From positions 87,606,001-87,670,000 of the forward strand of contig NC_043004.1 of NCBI RefSeq assembly GCF_006345805.1: 64,000 nt of DNA, read 5' to 3'. The translations under genes and the position numbers were made by a program. Source of the stretch: Octopus sinensis. Lineage: Eukaryota. The notes below the pieces were generated by a model, which was not told the origin of the DNA, did not search any database, and was given only the letters and a program-made list of their open reading frames with translations. Shown in pieces: positions 24,025 to 37,400 of the stretch (its first letter is position 1; each line of letters opens with the position of its first letter).

Positions 24025-25680
24025 TAGTATAGGTGAGACCGATCATGTTTTCTTTAACTTTCAGGTAGTTGTGAGTATGAAACTTGCTTGGTCAGTTTTC
24101 AGATAATATTTGGGTAACATACCCTGCCAATGTTGTATATTCCAGCTGGGAATCATCCATACTCAGCAATTCTGTTCTTTCTAGTATCTGTTCTAGCATC
24201 TGACTGTTGGTAAACATGTCACTCTAAGAGACTTTCATGACTGAACACAAATGCTTCATGATGAAGACAAAGTTCCTTCACCTGACTCTTGTACAATGTC
24301 CAAGTTTTGGTACCATACAAAAGAGCAAACAGGAAGATTGTCTGCAGCCCTTGCATTTGATTTCAATAAAAATATGATGATTGTTCCATAACCATAGATA
24401 CATTAGACCAAATGTCTTTACTATCTTCTTTTGTAGCTCAATATTGATATGACTGTCTTTCAGTAATGTACCGCCAAAATACAAAAAGTCTTGTACACTT
24501 TTAAAGATTAATGCCATCATCTCATACTTCTATTGTGTGTTGACTGGAATAGCACTTCTGTTTTTTGTAGGTTTTTTTATGCAGTGGAGAATGCATCCAC
24601 GATCTCTATGTGCTGTAGCATATGCATGAGTAGTGCACTGTCATCTGCATACAGTAGTTCTCTTACAAGGATTGGGGTTGCTTTTTTTTCTCTAAAATGG
24701 GCAACATTGAAAAGGTCTGCACTTTAGTGGTACTGTATATTAACTGCATCTTCAAGATTGATGAGGCATCCTCCAGCATTACTGTCAGATAGGTTGAGAG
24801 TCTAGGAACCAATACATATTTCAGTTTAATACAATTTGTTACAGCAAATGTATCTTAAGTCTTCTGTATGCTGACTCTGGTCATCATTCCAGTGTGCAAA
24901 GCTTTCATTATGAATGTGAATTACTCAAAAGAAACCTATTTCCAAAGTGGCTACCAGAGAGCAGACCTACCAATAATATAAAATGCTTTGTTGTATCAAC
25001 AAATTCCACATACAGGGACCAGTTTGTCCTAGAGCAGTTGGAGACTGAAAACTATATCTCCTAGAGCTGTTGGAGACTGAAGACTAAATCTACTCTCCTA
25101 CAGTTTTCTGGAAAACCATACTGGTATTATTTCTTGGATTACATGGATAATAAGGCTGTTGTGAAGGATCTCTTCTACTTGCTATTGATAGAAGTGAGAC
25201 TCCTATATAATTTCTGCAGTTGGTTCTGTTTCCTTTCTTCAAAAATTGTGGACAATATCATTCTTATGGTCTTCAGTCTTCTTGCTATGCATTTATGGTT
25301 AGCTTGTATTGACAGTTGTTATGGCTAAATCAATCATGTTTTCAGATTCCATCACCACCAGGTACTCTGACAGCACTGTTGGATTTGGCTACAGGATCTT
25401 TGTTACATGGTGAACCCAGCTTTTGCTCATCTCAATACACTCCTAGTGTCTGGGAGCCATTTCTCTTTTATTAACCAATTCAAGACAACATGACACTTCT
25501 TCTGTGGTCCCCAAACTTCTTTGTGTTCTTTATAAAAGCTCTCCATGTCATTCCAATCTGTGGCCCATAATTTCAACCTCAATGTTGTCTGGTTTTATAA
25601 CAGTTTACAATTATTTCTGTAAGCTGTCATGGTTGACCTAGTGCTTCCAGTTTATATCAGTCTTTTGTGAGTGTAACAAC
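24025..25680 (-). mobile_element. Decayed RTE (BovB-like) LINE reverse transcriptase, antisense in intron 1
   Basis: The reverse strand gives IMKALHTGMMTRVS, SADLFNVAHFREKK, LVRELLYADDSAL (YADD at 24640-24651), KSVQDFLYFGGTL..LWNNHHIFIEIKCK, TWTLYKSQVK and KQVSYSQLPE. Many disabling mutations. Confidence 0.92.
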
Positions 25681-26152
25681 ATTTTCAATTCAAGATAATT
25701 AGGATCATTGTTAATCTGTAAAAGTTTAAGTAACCAAACAGATAATCTATTTGAACTAATTGATCTCAATCAGAGAAAATATGTCAGCTGACTTAAATGC
25801 TAATTTCTATTAAACTGAAAATGTGTTACTGATATTCTAAATACCCATAACATTACAAATACCTTAAGCATACCAGTAAATAATGGTTTTAAAGAGGGAA
25901 ACTTAAAATATCCATTTTTAGAAAGTGACATTATTAATATAGTTTTTAACAATATAAAGAAAATAATTATAAAATGTTTGAATATGAAAAAAAGTGATAG
26001 ATGTTAATTATGATAAAAAACGTAGATCAGATCAGTTGAAAAATAGTGTCAAATTATCAAGCTAAAAACACAAATACCTTATCAACAATTGAGCAAGAAA
26101 AGTGCTTACAAGATAACCAAATTTAAGAACCACATAACACTTTTTTTAAATA

Positions 26153-26183
26153 CAAATAAGCACTTTCAGAAAGTGCTTATTTG
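26153..26183. repeat. Perfect 15-bp inverted repeat with 1-nt spacer
   Basis: CAAATAAGCACTTTC-A-GAAAGTGCTTATTTG. Confidence 0.9.
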
Positions 26184-26228
26184 CATTTGAAAACAAAAGA
26201 ATACATTCTTCCTCAATTATCACCATTG

Positions 26229-26630
26229 TCATCATCATTTAACATCCTCTTTTCCATGCTTGCATAGGTCAGATGGAATTTGTTTAGGCAGATTTTCTAT
26301 AGCTGGATGCTCTTCATGTTGCCAACCTCACCTGTTTCTAAGCAAGGTAATATTTCCTCATGGTCAGACATGTTTTTCATGGAAGATTGGATACAAACAA
26401 TGTTGCTTGTATGATGGTATGTTTGTTTACAATCATCACATGATGTCATGACAAGAGTACACACAAATACACACATTCACGACAAGCTTCTTTCAGTTTC
26501 TATCTACTGAATCCACTCGCAAGGCTTCGGTTGGCCTGAGACTACGGTAGAAGACACTTGTCCAAGGTACCATGCAGTGGAACTGAACCAAGACCATATG
26601 GTTGGAAAGCAAAGCTTCTCAACCACACAT
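26229..26630 (-). mobile_element. SINE, head A + core + alternative tail Y ending in (ATG)n
   Basis: catcatcatttaacatcctcttttccatgcttgcat...gtagaagacacttgtccaagg...cttctcaaccacac. Confidence 0.85.
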
Positions 26631-29600
26631 CACTCTTCCTTAGTGTTAAGAATTAAAATGAAATACACTGGAAGCATTCAGATATATTCCTGTAATGTCT
26701 TAATCTGATTTAGAAATAATCATTTTAATGCTTACTACACCCATAGAGCTGTAAGCAGTGATCAAATTTTAAAATATTTAAATGACTATTTACTAAAAGA
26801 TTATTCTTGTTCTAAGCTTTGTTTTAGATAGAGAACATGTAGTCAATGTAATCACCTAACAAATTTTGTTTAGTCCTCCATTTAATTATTTTCAATGATG
26901 ATTTGCTTTAATTACCTCATGTTTCATTGATGTGCTGCTGTTAAAAGTGCAATGACTAATAGCTAAACATAAAAATGTAATATTACAGAATGCTGATCTT
27001 CAAATGTTCTCATGTGTAATCGCTTGTATTAGAACTTTTTTACAATTTTACAATTATTTAGAATTAACTCAGAACCTTTATAATTTAATGGATATGAGGC
27101 ATAATTACTATATATCAACATCTATACACACACACACATAACAGCTAGGGATGCACTCACTCATGTGTAACCAATACATTTAACTCAAATATTACAAAAT
27201 ATTATGCTAATATTATCATATTCTATTTAACATATTTAATTTTTTATCAATAATTGTACATTTTACTACACACACACACACACACGCAAATATAATATAA
27301 CCACACAAAAGGGATATAACAAAAAGAAAAAAATACAGTAATATTATCATATTGTAATTGTATAACTTCATTTTTCAATTGATGAATATTTCAGATGATG
27401 TTTAATGTTTGCAGCAGTCCTATGTTTTGAGCTAACCATGAAATTTGAACCTCTTTGAAGAAAAAGAGTTTGAGAAAACAAGTTTCATATTTTCTACTAA
27501 TTATGACACCAATTTAGTTCTGATTGCTTATTGATTGAAACCATTTTCTGTTAATGACAATATTATATGAAAATAATCATGGCCATGTGAGCTAGAAAAC
27601 TCTAATTGATCAGATCCACAAATGAAAAGAAAATATATATTCCATTTTGATATATTACAGAACAGTGTTTAGATTTCATATCTGATACAAAAATAATTAT
27701 GACCACTGAAACTTTAATCCTCTTGGTAAATCTAATTTTATCTTGCATATAATTAATAATCTTGCTAACTTGATTAGGAATATCTTGATTAACACCACAA
27801 AATAATTAGGTTACTTGTAAGGTATCTTAATGGAGCAGCCAAGTTAAACAATATTTTAAAGGTAGTGTATTAAACTGGGAACTAATGTAAGTTTGAGCAA
27901 GACAAGTTATTCATTGAGAACTCCAATATCACATTTCAGTGAAAGCTTAGAAGTAGTTTGGTGGTATGCCATTGTCACTTTACATCTTATTAGGGCTAAG
28001 TCCTTTCAGGATTAAGTTCTTGTCAAGATTTAGTTATAAGTCAGCCCTGATTGAGTAAAAGCTATGATCTAAGTAGGCTTTCCTACTTTTAGTATCCTAT
28101 CTTTTTCTATAGGAATTATAGCAGCTAATGTCTTTCCATTTTTAAGACTGTAGAGTGTGATATGAGGGTCATTTGACTACTATATCTATCAGGTCAAATG
28201 ACTTCATTGAGGTTGTTTTAAACACACACACACAAATAAGTACATAGGTGTTACACAAGGTAGAGAAAATAGTACTCAAATACTGAAGGAGAGTAATCAC
28301 TGCTGTTTGATGAACGCTCATGTGAAGCACTGAGTAACGGTTTGTAAAGTTCATTTTGGTTTTAATAAAATCATATACAATTACAATGAATAAGTAGATG
28401 CAGTACTGTGGCTGTCTCTTTTGCAAGTTCATATTCCTCAAAACCTGTTTAAGAGTTTGTCCCTAACAAAACAAAAGGTCCTTAATGTGAAAACAGTCTC
28501 TTAAACATGCTTGAGAAAACAGAAAGTTATTGGGATTTATCACAAATATATCTTAGCAGTAGTCGTCATGACATTAAAACAAGGACAACACAAAATTGTT
28601 GATGTAGGTTCTTTGAGAAACTGGAGTGAATGAATTGCTGTTATCATAGGCAACACAAAGTTTCAACATTTCTGACATGTTGACTTATCTGTAGCTAATA
28701 AGAAACAAATTTACAACAAATTTCTTTAAAAGAACAAAAGCAAACTAATGAACATGCAAACATACATAGATCTTTAATTAGCTTTATTTCAGTTGAGGAT
28801 ACCATATAGAACTAGTAAAAAATCTTTGTTTTCTCAGGCAACAAATTTCTGCTAAGAGCATTTATGTTTAATATATGGTGGTGGCAGAAGCAGCAGTGGT
28901 GATGGTTGTGATGTGGATGATGATGAGAATTATCTCAGCTGCTATATTGCCAAACAAAAAGCATTAAGAGATGATGTTTCTTAAAGATATTTTATTAATA
29001 TGCTCAAAAATGAATCCTTTAAGAAGCTGAAACATTTTAGATTAACAGGATTTTAAAAGCTGTAATATTTATATTACAACTTTCCTGTTTGTGTTATATA
29101 CTATATCCATTGAATTACACAAGGAATGCGCATAAGAACTTCTTAACACATTGTAATCAAGACTTAACCAATGATAATACTCAGAGAATCCTTTTATCAC
29201 AAACATCACTTGAACAGTGAGAAGCAAACATGATGCTTGTTTGTATAACATGTCTCTTCAGTTCTTTCTGTAATCTATTATGGAGTCACATTTGACCTTT
29301 TCTTTGATCTCAGAAGTATATCTATTGTTATAAACACACAAGTGAAAAGTAAATTAAGATGCAGATCAAGGTGTAGAAAATCCTTAAGCATACAAAAAAG
29401 AATAAACCAATAATATGGATAACATCATTAGATAAAATATACCAAAATAATTGCTGGGATTTTTCTTACAGTGCACATATTGCAAGTAAGCTATTTTTAA
29501 CACTGCCACTATCAAGCTTTAAAGAGGAAAGGTTTACAAAACACTTCAGCTCTACTTAGCTATATCAAAATTGCTTTGATATGAGAACCAGAGAATCAAT

Positions 29601-30699
29601 TAGATATACATTTAAAGGTTTCCAAATTTAATCACATATTTCCAGATACATTATGAATAGGCCAATATTAGAAACAAAATGATTTCTTACATTTAATACA
29701 AATAACATTTTGAATATTTTGTCAATATTATGGTGATGATGAACATGTGGATTAAAATCAATATTTTAAAGATTTAGGTGTCAAATTGTGAATTTAGGAC
29801 AATAAAATAGTTTTGGTAGAGCAATTTCTAGGCAGGTTGGTCTCTAGTCTCAAAATGTTCATTCACAATGACATTGCAGTAACTATATTATGCTTTAAGC
29901 CTTGTGTGTGTGTTTTTTTTTCTATTTTACTCAAATAAAACAAAAAAGAAGAAATAAAAACTAGATAACTATTGCAGTACCTACTGCCTGTACATTTTAA
30001 TAGATTTGTAAATCCAGCAGTATTTACTACCTTGAACACCTGATTGTTTATTTTATTATTATTATTGCTATTTATATTAATTTTTGTTTCTCAAAGACAT
30101 TTAAAAGTCAATTACTCAAGAAATTATTAAGTTTCAAATCCGGATCCTTTGCTCTCATTTATTAATTCTTGTTGTTCACTTAAACATAATATGCAATCAT
30201 TCTTGGGCTAATAATATATTATCTGACTGTATAGTCTAAACATAATTTGATTCAACACTAGTTAATTGTTGGAGTATTGGTTTCATTGCTTTAATTTTAG
30301 TGATCTGATGGCAAATAATAATTGAAAAAGGTTTCATACATGATTTGGCTTAGGCTAGAATGATATTAAGAGCAAATAAATATGTCTTTTTCCATGTGCG
30401 TGTGTATAAAACAGACAGGCACATTAAGACCAGCTGATAAAGAAATAAACAAATAGAAAGATAGTGAGAGAGATGTGGAAAACAGACAAGGAAACAGAAA
30501 AATGTATTGAAGAGCTATGTATCACTTAACTTCCCCAGAGTTGGTTTGCCTGCTTAGAAAAGCATTTTATGTTCTACAGTCTAGTAACACAAGGACATAA
30601 ATGTATCTGTTAGCTATAGTTATCATAATACTTATCATTTTTTTTCTTTTTAGTTGAACCCTTAAAATGGACATTGTAAGTAGAAGGTCTATGAAGGTA

Positions 30700-31172
30700 G
30701 AAGAGAAATAATACAAGTATGACCCATTGGATATGTAATGCTATAGTGCATGAAATGCAAAGCACAAGTGCACCAAGAGAGGAGCTAGGCATTAAAGACA
30801 TTGTCTAATGTATGTATTGGGTGGACATGTGATACAAATAGATAATGATTGTTGGGTGAAAACGTGTGTGTGTGTGAGAGAGAGAGAGAGAGAAATAGCT
30901 GGAGGAATTCAGAAGAAAATTGTATAGGACAAAAAAGGAGTGATCAGTTATTAGGATACTCAGCCTCACAGACCGATGATGTAGCATTGAGATGAGCGAT
31001 GATATGATGTACAGCACAGAAATCAATCCTGTGCAGCATGAAATCATGGATATTATGATGAACACATGGGTTATAATTTATGGAGCCCGGTGCAGCTCTC
31101 TGGCTTATCATCTCCAGTTAAACCATCTAACCCATGCCAGCATGGAAAACTGATGTTAAATGATGATGATGA
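30700..31172 (+). mobile_element. RTE LINE 3' end with (ATG)n tail, interrupted by a (GT)n(AG)n microsatellite
   Basis: HWICNAIVHEMQSTSAPREELGIKDIV and GHVIQIDNDCWVK remnants, then the shared tail ...ccatctaacccatgccagcatggaaaactgatgttaaatgatgatgatga. Confidence 0.7.
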
Positions 31173-32299
31173 AGTTATAGGGATGTTCAATTTTGAAATT
31201 ATAATAATAAATTATATTCAGTACATTATTTTTTAGGTAGGTAAAATATGCAATTGGTGTCTAGTCTCAATAATGTTTATGTAAAGAATTGATCATATGA
31301 AAGCAATGCCTAGTTCAGGAATATAAAACCTCACCATCATATATGTTTTACAATAATTCTTAAATGAGTGAACATTAGTGACATGAAATCTATTTTCCCC
31401 ATGAATCTATTTAATTAGAGAGAACATTTCAAGTAAAAGTAAAGAATTAATTCCTTGATGTTTGCTTATTTATAAACAAAGTATATAGCTATTTGGTTTA
31501 TCAGTAATTAAAAACAGCTAGTATTCTTTTAACCAGTAATCTAATACCTGCAACATTGATTTATCTAACAAATCTCTATGCAGTATTTCATAAATATAAA
31601 ATGACTCCTTAAGCCAGAGTGAAGATAATTTGGGGAAAATGGTTTTGAATAATAGGGTTTATTAAATTAACAAGGCTTCTCTTTTCACAGATTGGAGAAA
31701 ACAAGGGCATCTACTGATAAATATTTTATTCAAATGGTTACGAAATAAAAGTAAAAAAGATATTTCATACAGCAAAATTATGTCAAAATATATATCAGGT
31801 TAATACAGAATAAAACAAATTCTAGTTCTATACTTTAGCTAAAGATTCTGCTTCTATATCATATTTTTCATCTATGAAATATGATTAATTGGAATATAAC
31901 AAAATAAGTGAAACTAAAACTTACTATACATATAATCAGAAAGATTGATGGTAGTTGAAATTTAATGTTCACAAGAGCAGAAAAGTCTTAATTTGATATC
32001 AAATTCATACACTACATTTCAGTCCACTTCAGGGATAATATTTTTACCTTCCTTTGAGCAATTATTGACCGTACTATTCTTGTAATTTACAGGGCAGAGC
32101 TACACAGAACAACTTTCAATAAATTAGGATCACTCATGCAAATGAAAGGATAAAATTCTCAGATAATGCAGCAGATATTTGTGCCTTCCAAATAAGTTGT
32201 CTGGGTCAGCAGTTCTTAGACTGACAGATACCAAGACCCACCTATCAAAATACTGAAATTCTTAAATATTAAAATTTTTTGATTCTATCCTTTCTTTAA

Positions 32300-32499
32300 C
32301 CCTTTCGTTACCAACCCGGCTGAAACCGCCCCTTGTTTTCAAAGTTGTGAATTAAAATCTTCCACCAAACCTTAATCACAATTTATGTTCCTAACACTAG
32401 CTTAATGATAACTAAGTTATTTTACTAAATTCTTTGTTATATATAAAATTAATTAAAAGAAACACAAAATATCTCAAAATAAATACGGTAACGAATGGG
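32300..32499. mobile_element. piggyBac-type MITE (200 bp)
   Basis: TTAA TSDs at 32296-32299 and 32500-32503; 13-bp TIRs CCCTTTCGTTACC / GGTAACGAATGGG with 1 mismatch. Confidence 0.9.
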
Positions 32500-33409
32500 T
32501 TAAGGCGAGGACAAAATAGAATTTGCATCCATATAATTCTTCTTTCTTTTGCCAAGGTATTGGACAAATTTGAAAAGTTGGAAACCATCTTAAAATAGTG
32601 ATCTGTTTGCCTCTTTTAAATCCTTACAAGCCTTCTCCTATTAGTTTAGATGTCATTGTTTAGCATTTCAATAGCCCTGTTGGTGTAGAAGGGTTTTGAC
32701 TGTTATAAACATCTCATTATGCTCTCCTTAAGAAAATAGATATTTTAAGTTAGGCTGTTGGCATATATAGAAATTTCAATTTTTTGTGCTTTATATGGAT
32801 GTAAGCCTAAATATGCTTATTGGCGCCTGGTAAAATGTACTCATGTTAATACACTGGATAATAAAAAAGGTAGATGACAACTACCTCTTCTCCACTGGCT
32901 CTTTCCCAGGCTCATAAGTATAAACAGTTTCTATTTTCTTCTTGGCATAGCTCTAATATGTAAGCAGTTCTCAAAGCCAATGAAGAGACTAAAACAAATA
33001 TACTTGAATATTTTGTTAAAAATATCAACAATTTTGTTAAAAAAATATTTCAATAACTACCCTTCATTTTCCAGGAAAAAAAAAGAAAGATTAAAAACTA
33101 TAAGTGTATAAATATTGGAAAAAGAAAAAAAAAAGTAATTATAAAGGTGCATATAACATCTGTGTAAAGAAACTGAAGAAAATTATTCTTTTATTCAAAA
33201 GGAATTTAATAAAGCTTATAAATTATGAAAAGACAAAATATATCCCAATCTAAACAATTAGTATGTGATAAAATGAAGAAAGATATGAAACAAACTAAAA
33301 CAAAACTAATAAAGGAAGAGTTAGTTAATTTTTTGGCTCAGGACTGAAGAAAATAGCTGACATATATATAAAATACTGATGGCTGTTGACTCGCTAATAT
33401 TTTAGTAGT

Positions 33410-34220
33410 AGGGTATCTTCTTTTAAATATTGGTCTTATAATCAAGAAATGATGGGCTAGACTGGTTTCTAGCTATTACACTGATATTGGTTACTTACAT
33501 ATCATGCTTGCATGCATCTTTACATCTCAGCTGCCTTAGTCCCTTTATCCGGATATCAGTTCACCATAGAAAAGGTGTTTTGGAATACAACCATCACTCA
33601 TATGATGACCATGTCTATACTATCATTAGCACTGGAAAGTTACTATGGAGGGGCTGTTCACCCTAGCAAGTACAGCAACGGGGCAGATCCTGTCCTGCTA
33701 TTTGATCTCAGGGAATTTTTGCCAACATTTCATATGAAATATTTGAAGATTGTGCTTTTGTGAAGAGTATCTCACCATTGTACAGAAGTGCACTGGCAAT
33801 AGTTCTTACATACATTGAATTTAGTAGATGCTTTGAGCTACTGATTACTTATCTTCCTGTATTTTCATAGGTCCTGAGAGAAGTAGCTTTGCCAATGCAC
33901 TTGGTGATTTCTGCTTCTAGGGCAAGGTTATCTGTAACAGTGGAGCCAAAATGTAGAAACTTGTGGACCACATCCAGTTCCTCACTTTAATCTTAATGAT
34001 GGAGTTCCGTGATCTTTGTTTTGGGTCTTGAAACTGATTGTGAGAAAGTTTTGATCTTTATTCTGGCTATATTGAAGAGCCAGGCATCAGACCTTGAGTA
34101 TTCAGGGAGATCATTGGCTGAGGAATTGAATGCAGGCTTCAGGAGCAGAGCAAAGGAATTATCAAAATGTGTTGGGCAGCGTCATATCTTTGCTTTACTC
34201 AACACTTCACTTGCTTAGGT
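33410..34220 (-). mobile_element. Decayed RTE (BovB-like) LINE RT/C-terminal fragment, antisense in intron 1
   Basis: The reverse strand gives SDAWLFNIARIK, VHKFLHFGSTVTDNLALEAEITKCIGKA, FHMKCWQK..QDRI and MSDGCIPKHLFYGELISG. It is internally deleted around the YADD region. Confidence 0.85.
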
Positions 34221-36289
34221 GGGCAATTAATGGGTAGTAAAATATTAAACAAGCCATCTCTACTTATGAAGTAAAAGGATTAAAGACTCAGAACAGTGAA
34301 TGATTCTATTCTCAACACTTTTCTTGAAGCTGGTGCAGTAAAAATATCAAGTCTACATAAGTAAACCTATTTTGGTACAGAAATCACATTGTGATGTAGA
34401 TGTACTCTGTCTGCAAGTTTCTAAAACATTTGCAAAACCATTTGAGCAAAGAGTACTGACTATAACAAGAGATATGATTGTAATTGTGGCAATTATTTTC
34501 TTTGCCTTTGTTCTTTTGTACAGTATGACAATTTTCTTGTAATTATTGTAAAAATATATTTGCAACAATGTAATTACATCTAAATAATAAAGACATATTG
34601 AAAATAGCACTTCAAAAAGACAACAACAAATTCTTACAAAGGCATGAAATCAGCAATTTGAGTAACGAAAAATGTAAGAAAATGGGTAATATAATTGACT
34701 ATATAAATATTCAAGGTCAGAATCCAAACAAAAGTTCATAGGGGTGATTTTAATTATTATAATTTGCAAACAGATGATACCAGCTGACAGGACAAGCACT
34801 ATATAATGATACCAGAGACTATTAATATTTGCAATAGAGGCTGATTATGAAGGATATAGGAAGAATGAAGAGGTCTGACCCAGCAATTTTAGACCTCACA
34901 GAAGAGATTATACATGATTGAGAAGAATGGCTATGTACCATACAGCATATATCTTCAGCTTTTAGGAGTATGAAAAAAAAATATAGGTATTAAAACAACA
35001 ATGATCATAATGATGAGACTTGCAACTGGTCAGGAGATATTTAACAAGCACTGATGGCAAACAGTTGGGTCTATAAAAAAGTGATCAACAAGAAAATATC
35101 TATCAAGGAGATATGGTGTAAAAAACATTTTGGCATTGCATACATAAAAATGCTTATATATGATGATGATGTTTTTAAGTAGAGCAATTATAGCTTTAAA
35201 TTGGATATTCTAAAATGCAGAAATGTTTAGTGCAAAAGTAATCAAGGAATGAACAACTATCACACAAATCCAGTTTTGTTTTATGCCAGAATATAAAACA
35301 ATAAATCATATATTTCATTTGTGCCAAATATTAGGGAAATATTTAGAAAGCAAAATGCACATACATTTCACAACTGAAAAGTGTATTTGCTTAGGTTTCA
35401 AAACAATATTACCAATAAAAGAAATCAAGTAGAAGATAAAAAATAAAGTAGTAAGTGAATGCAAAAGAATATGACAAATAGTGTAAAATTAAGTGGTAAC
35501 AAGGAATTTGGTATAAATCACAAAACAATCTAATTTTATATTAAAAAAAATTTTTTTGCAGGTTTTAAAACCGGATAACAAGCTTTAGATAGAGAGGAGA
35601 TAATTCTGAGTTACATAAGAAGTTTGAAGCACGTAAATGATTAATTTAAGGCATAAGATTGATGGGATTAATAATTTTAGGTGGTGATGTATGTTAAAAA
35701 ATGATATAAAGCTTTTACAACAAGATAGACTAATGTGTAAGTAAGAATTTAATATTATATAAGCAGCGGAAATGGTTACATCCTTTCATGCAACAGAGTA
35801 TCAACATTTTCCCTGTTTCAAAAGAAGTGATAAAACAACACAAACCAAAACAAAACAAAAGGTCCAAGTTTATAGAACTTCAGTTATGATGATAATTCAA
35901 CCAAAATTAATGGACACGTTGTGAAATTTTTATAATATTAGTGTAAGGGACAGTAATATTATAACACATAGAGCTTGCAGAGCTAAGAGAATTTTTGGCT
36001 TCACAAAGAATGGATGGATACAATCTATATGTAATAATGAAGTAATGGCATTAGGTGCTGCTAGCAAGAGTGAATATTCAGATATATGATCAAATTATAA
36101 ATGTATATGATGAAAGATTATCTAGAAATATTGGAAACAATTTAGTATGGTTTTGACTAGCCTATTACAAATGGAAAGTGTTGGGGTTCACAAAACAAAT
36201 GAAAAATATCAGGTCAACATATCTCCAATGTAGTAAAGCATCTAATTATGTATATAATATATATACTGATAAAATTGATTCTTTGTATA

Positions 36290-37400
36290 GACTTAAAAAC
36301 AATGTCTGTAAACAGCTGGAATCAGCTGAAGCCCAATAAATTACTGGTATTCATTGATCCTGAAAGGATGAAAAGTAAAATCAAGTTAAGAGTGAATGGA
36401 TTTAAAACTAAACACAACATCTTAGCCAGTAATCTAAGGCATATGTATCATCCTAATGACAATAACCCCAGTAATAACCATTTTTTGAAGGCAGATGTCT
36501 CTTGAGAGATAAAATTAAAAAAGAATGGATCAAATTAACAATATATTAACCATGATTTTTTAAAATCATTTCTAATCAATGACATCATCATCATCATCAT
36601 TTAACATCCATGTTCCATACTGGCATGGGTTGAATGGTTTCATAGGATCTGATGTACCCAAGGACTGCCTTGAGCTCTAATATCTGTTTTGGCATGGTTT
36701 TTAAGGTTGGATGCCCTTCCTAATGCCAACCACTTCACAGTGTGTAGCACACTATCATACTGGATGGCACTGATCACTCTTCTAGGAAAAAAAAAATTTT
36801 ATAGAATGGACCACAATGAATTGGAAATCTATGTCAAGTCTTTGTTAGAAGTGCACCTTCAACTGTTTTTGCATGTAACATTTTACTGTAGGCACAAAGC
36901 CACAAAATTATGGGAGTCAAGTAAAGAAGTAGTCAATGAGATTGACCGTCATATATTACTGGTACTTTAATGACTGTTGAAATTTTACTCGGAATGTGAA
37001 GGGATAACTAAATATTACAAGGCATTTTGTCCAACGCTACTATTTCTACTATTTTCTAATAATAATTATTTCAAATTTTAGCACATAGCCAGCAGTTTTA
37101 GTGGGAAATTTGTCAATTACATTGATCCTGGTGCTCAGTTGGATGAAAGGATGAAAGGCAAAATCAACCTCAGAGAGGCTAATAATAATCTCTGATGTAG
37201 GTACTGGTGCTCAAATTTCCAAATGGAGCACAGTTATCAAATTTAAACCAGTACTTGACTGGTACTTTATTTTATTGACCCAGACAGATGAAAGTATAAT
37301 CAACCTCAGCAGAATCTGAGTTTAGAATGTAAAAAGATGTAGCAAAATACCATGATGCGCTTTACTGATGCTCTAACAATTCTGCCAACCCAACATCTTG
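36290..37400 (-). mobile_element. Cluster of several same-orientation head-B SINE fragments plus one tail-Y fragment (36584-36760)
   Basis: Repeated tactggta..attgatcc..aaaggatgaaa(a)g..aaatcaacctcag modules near 36340, 36960, 37140 and 37260. Confidence 0.65.

Noticed and set aside
34760-35120. Moderately GC-richer intronic stretch considered as an alternative SLC10 exon (likewise 38620-38850)
   Set aside because: No sustained open frame with good splice sites, and exons 1 and 2 already join without a gap in the family alignment.
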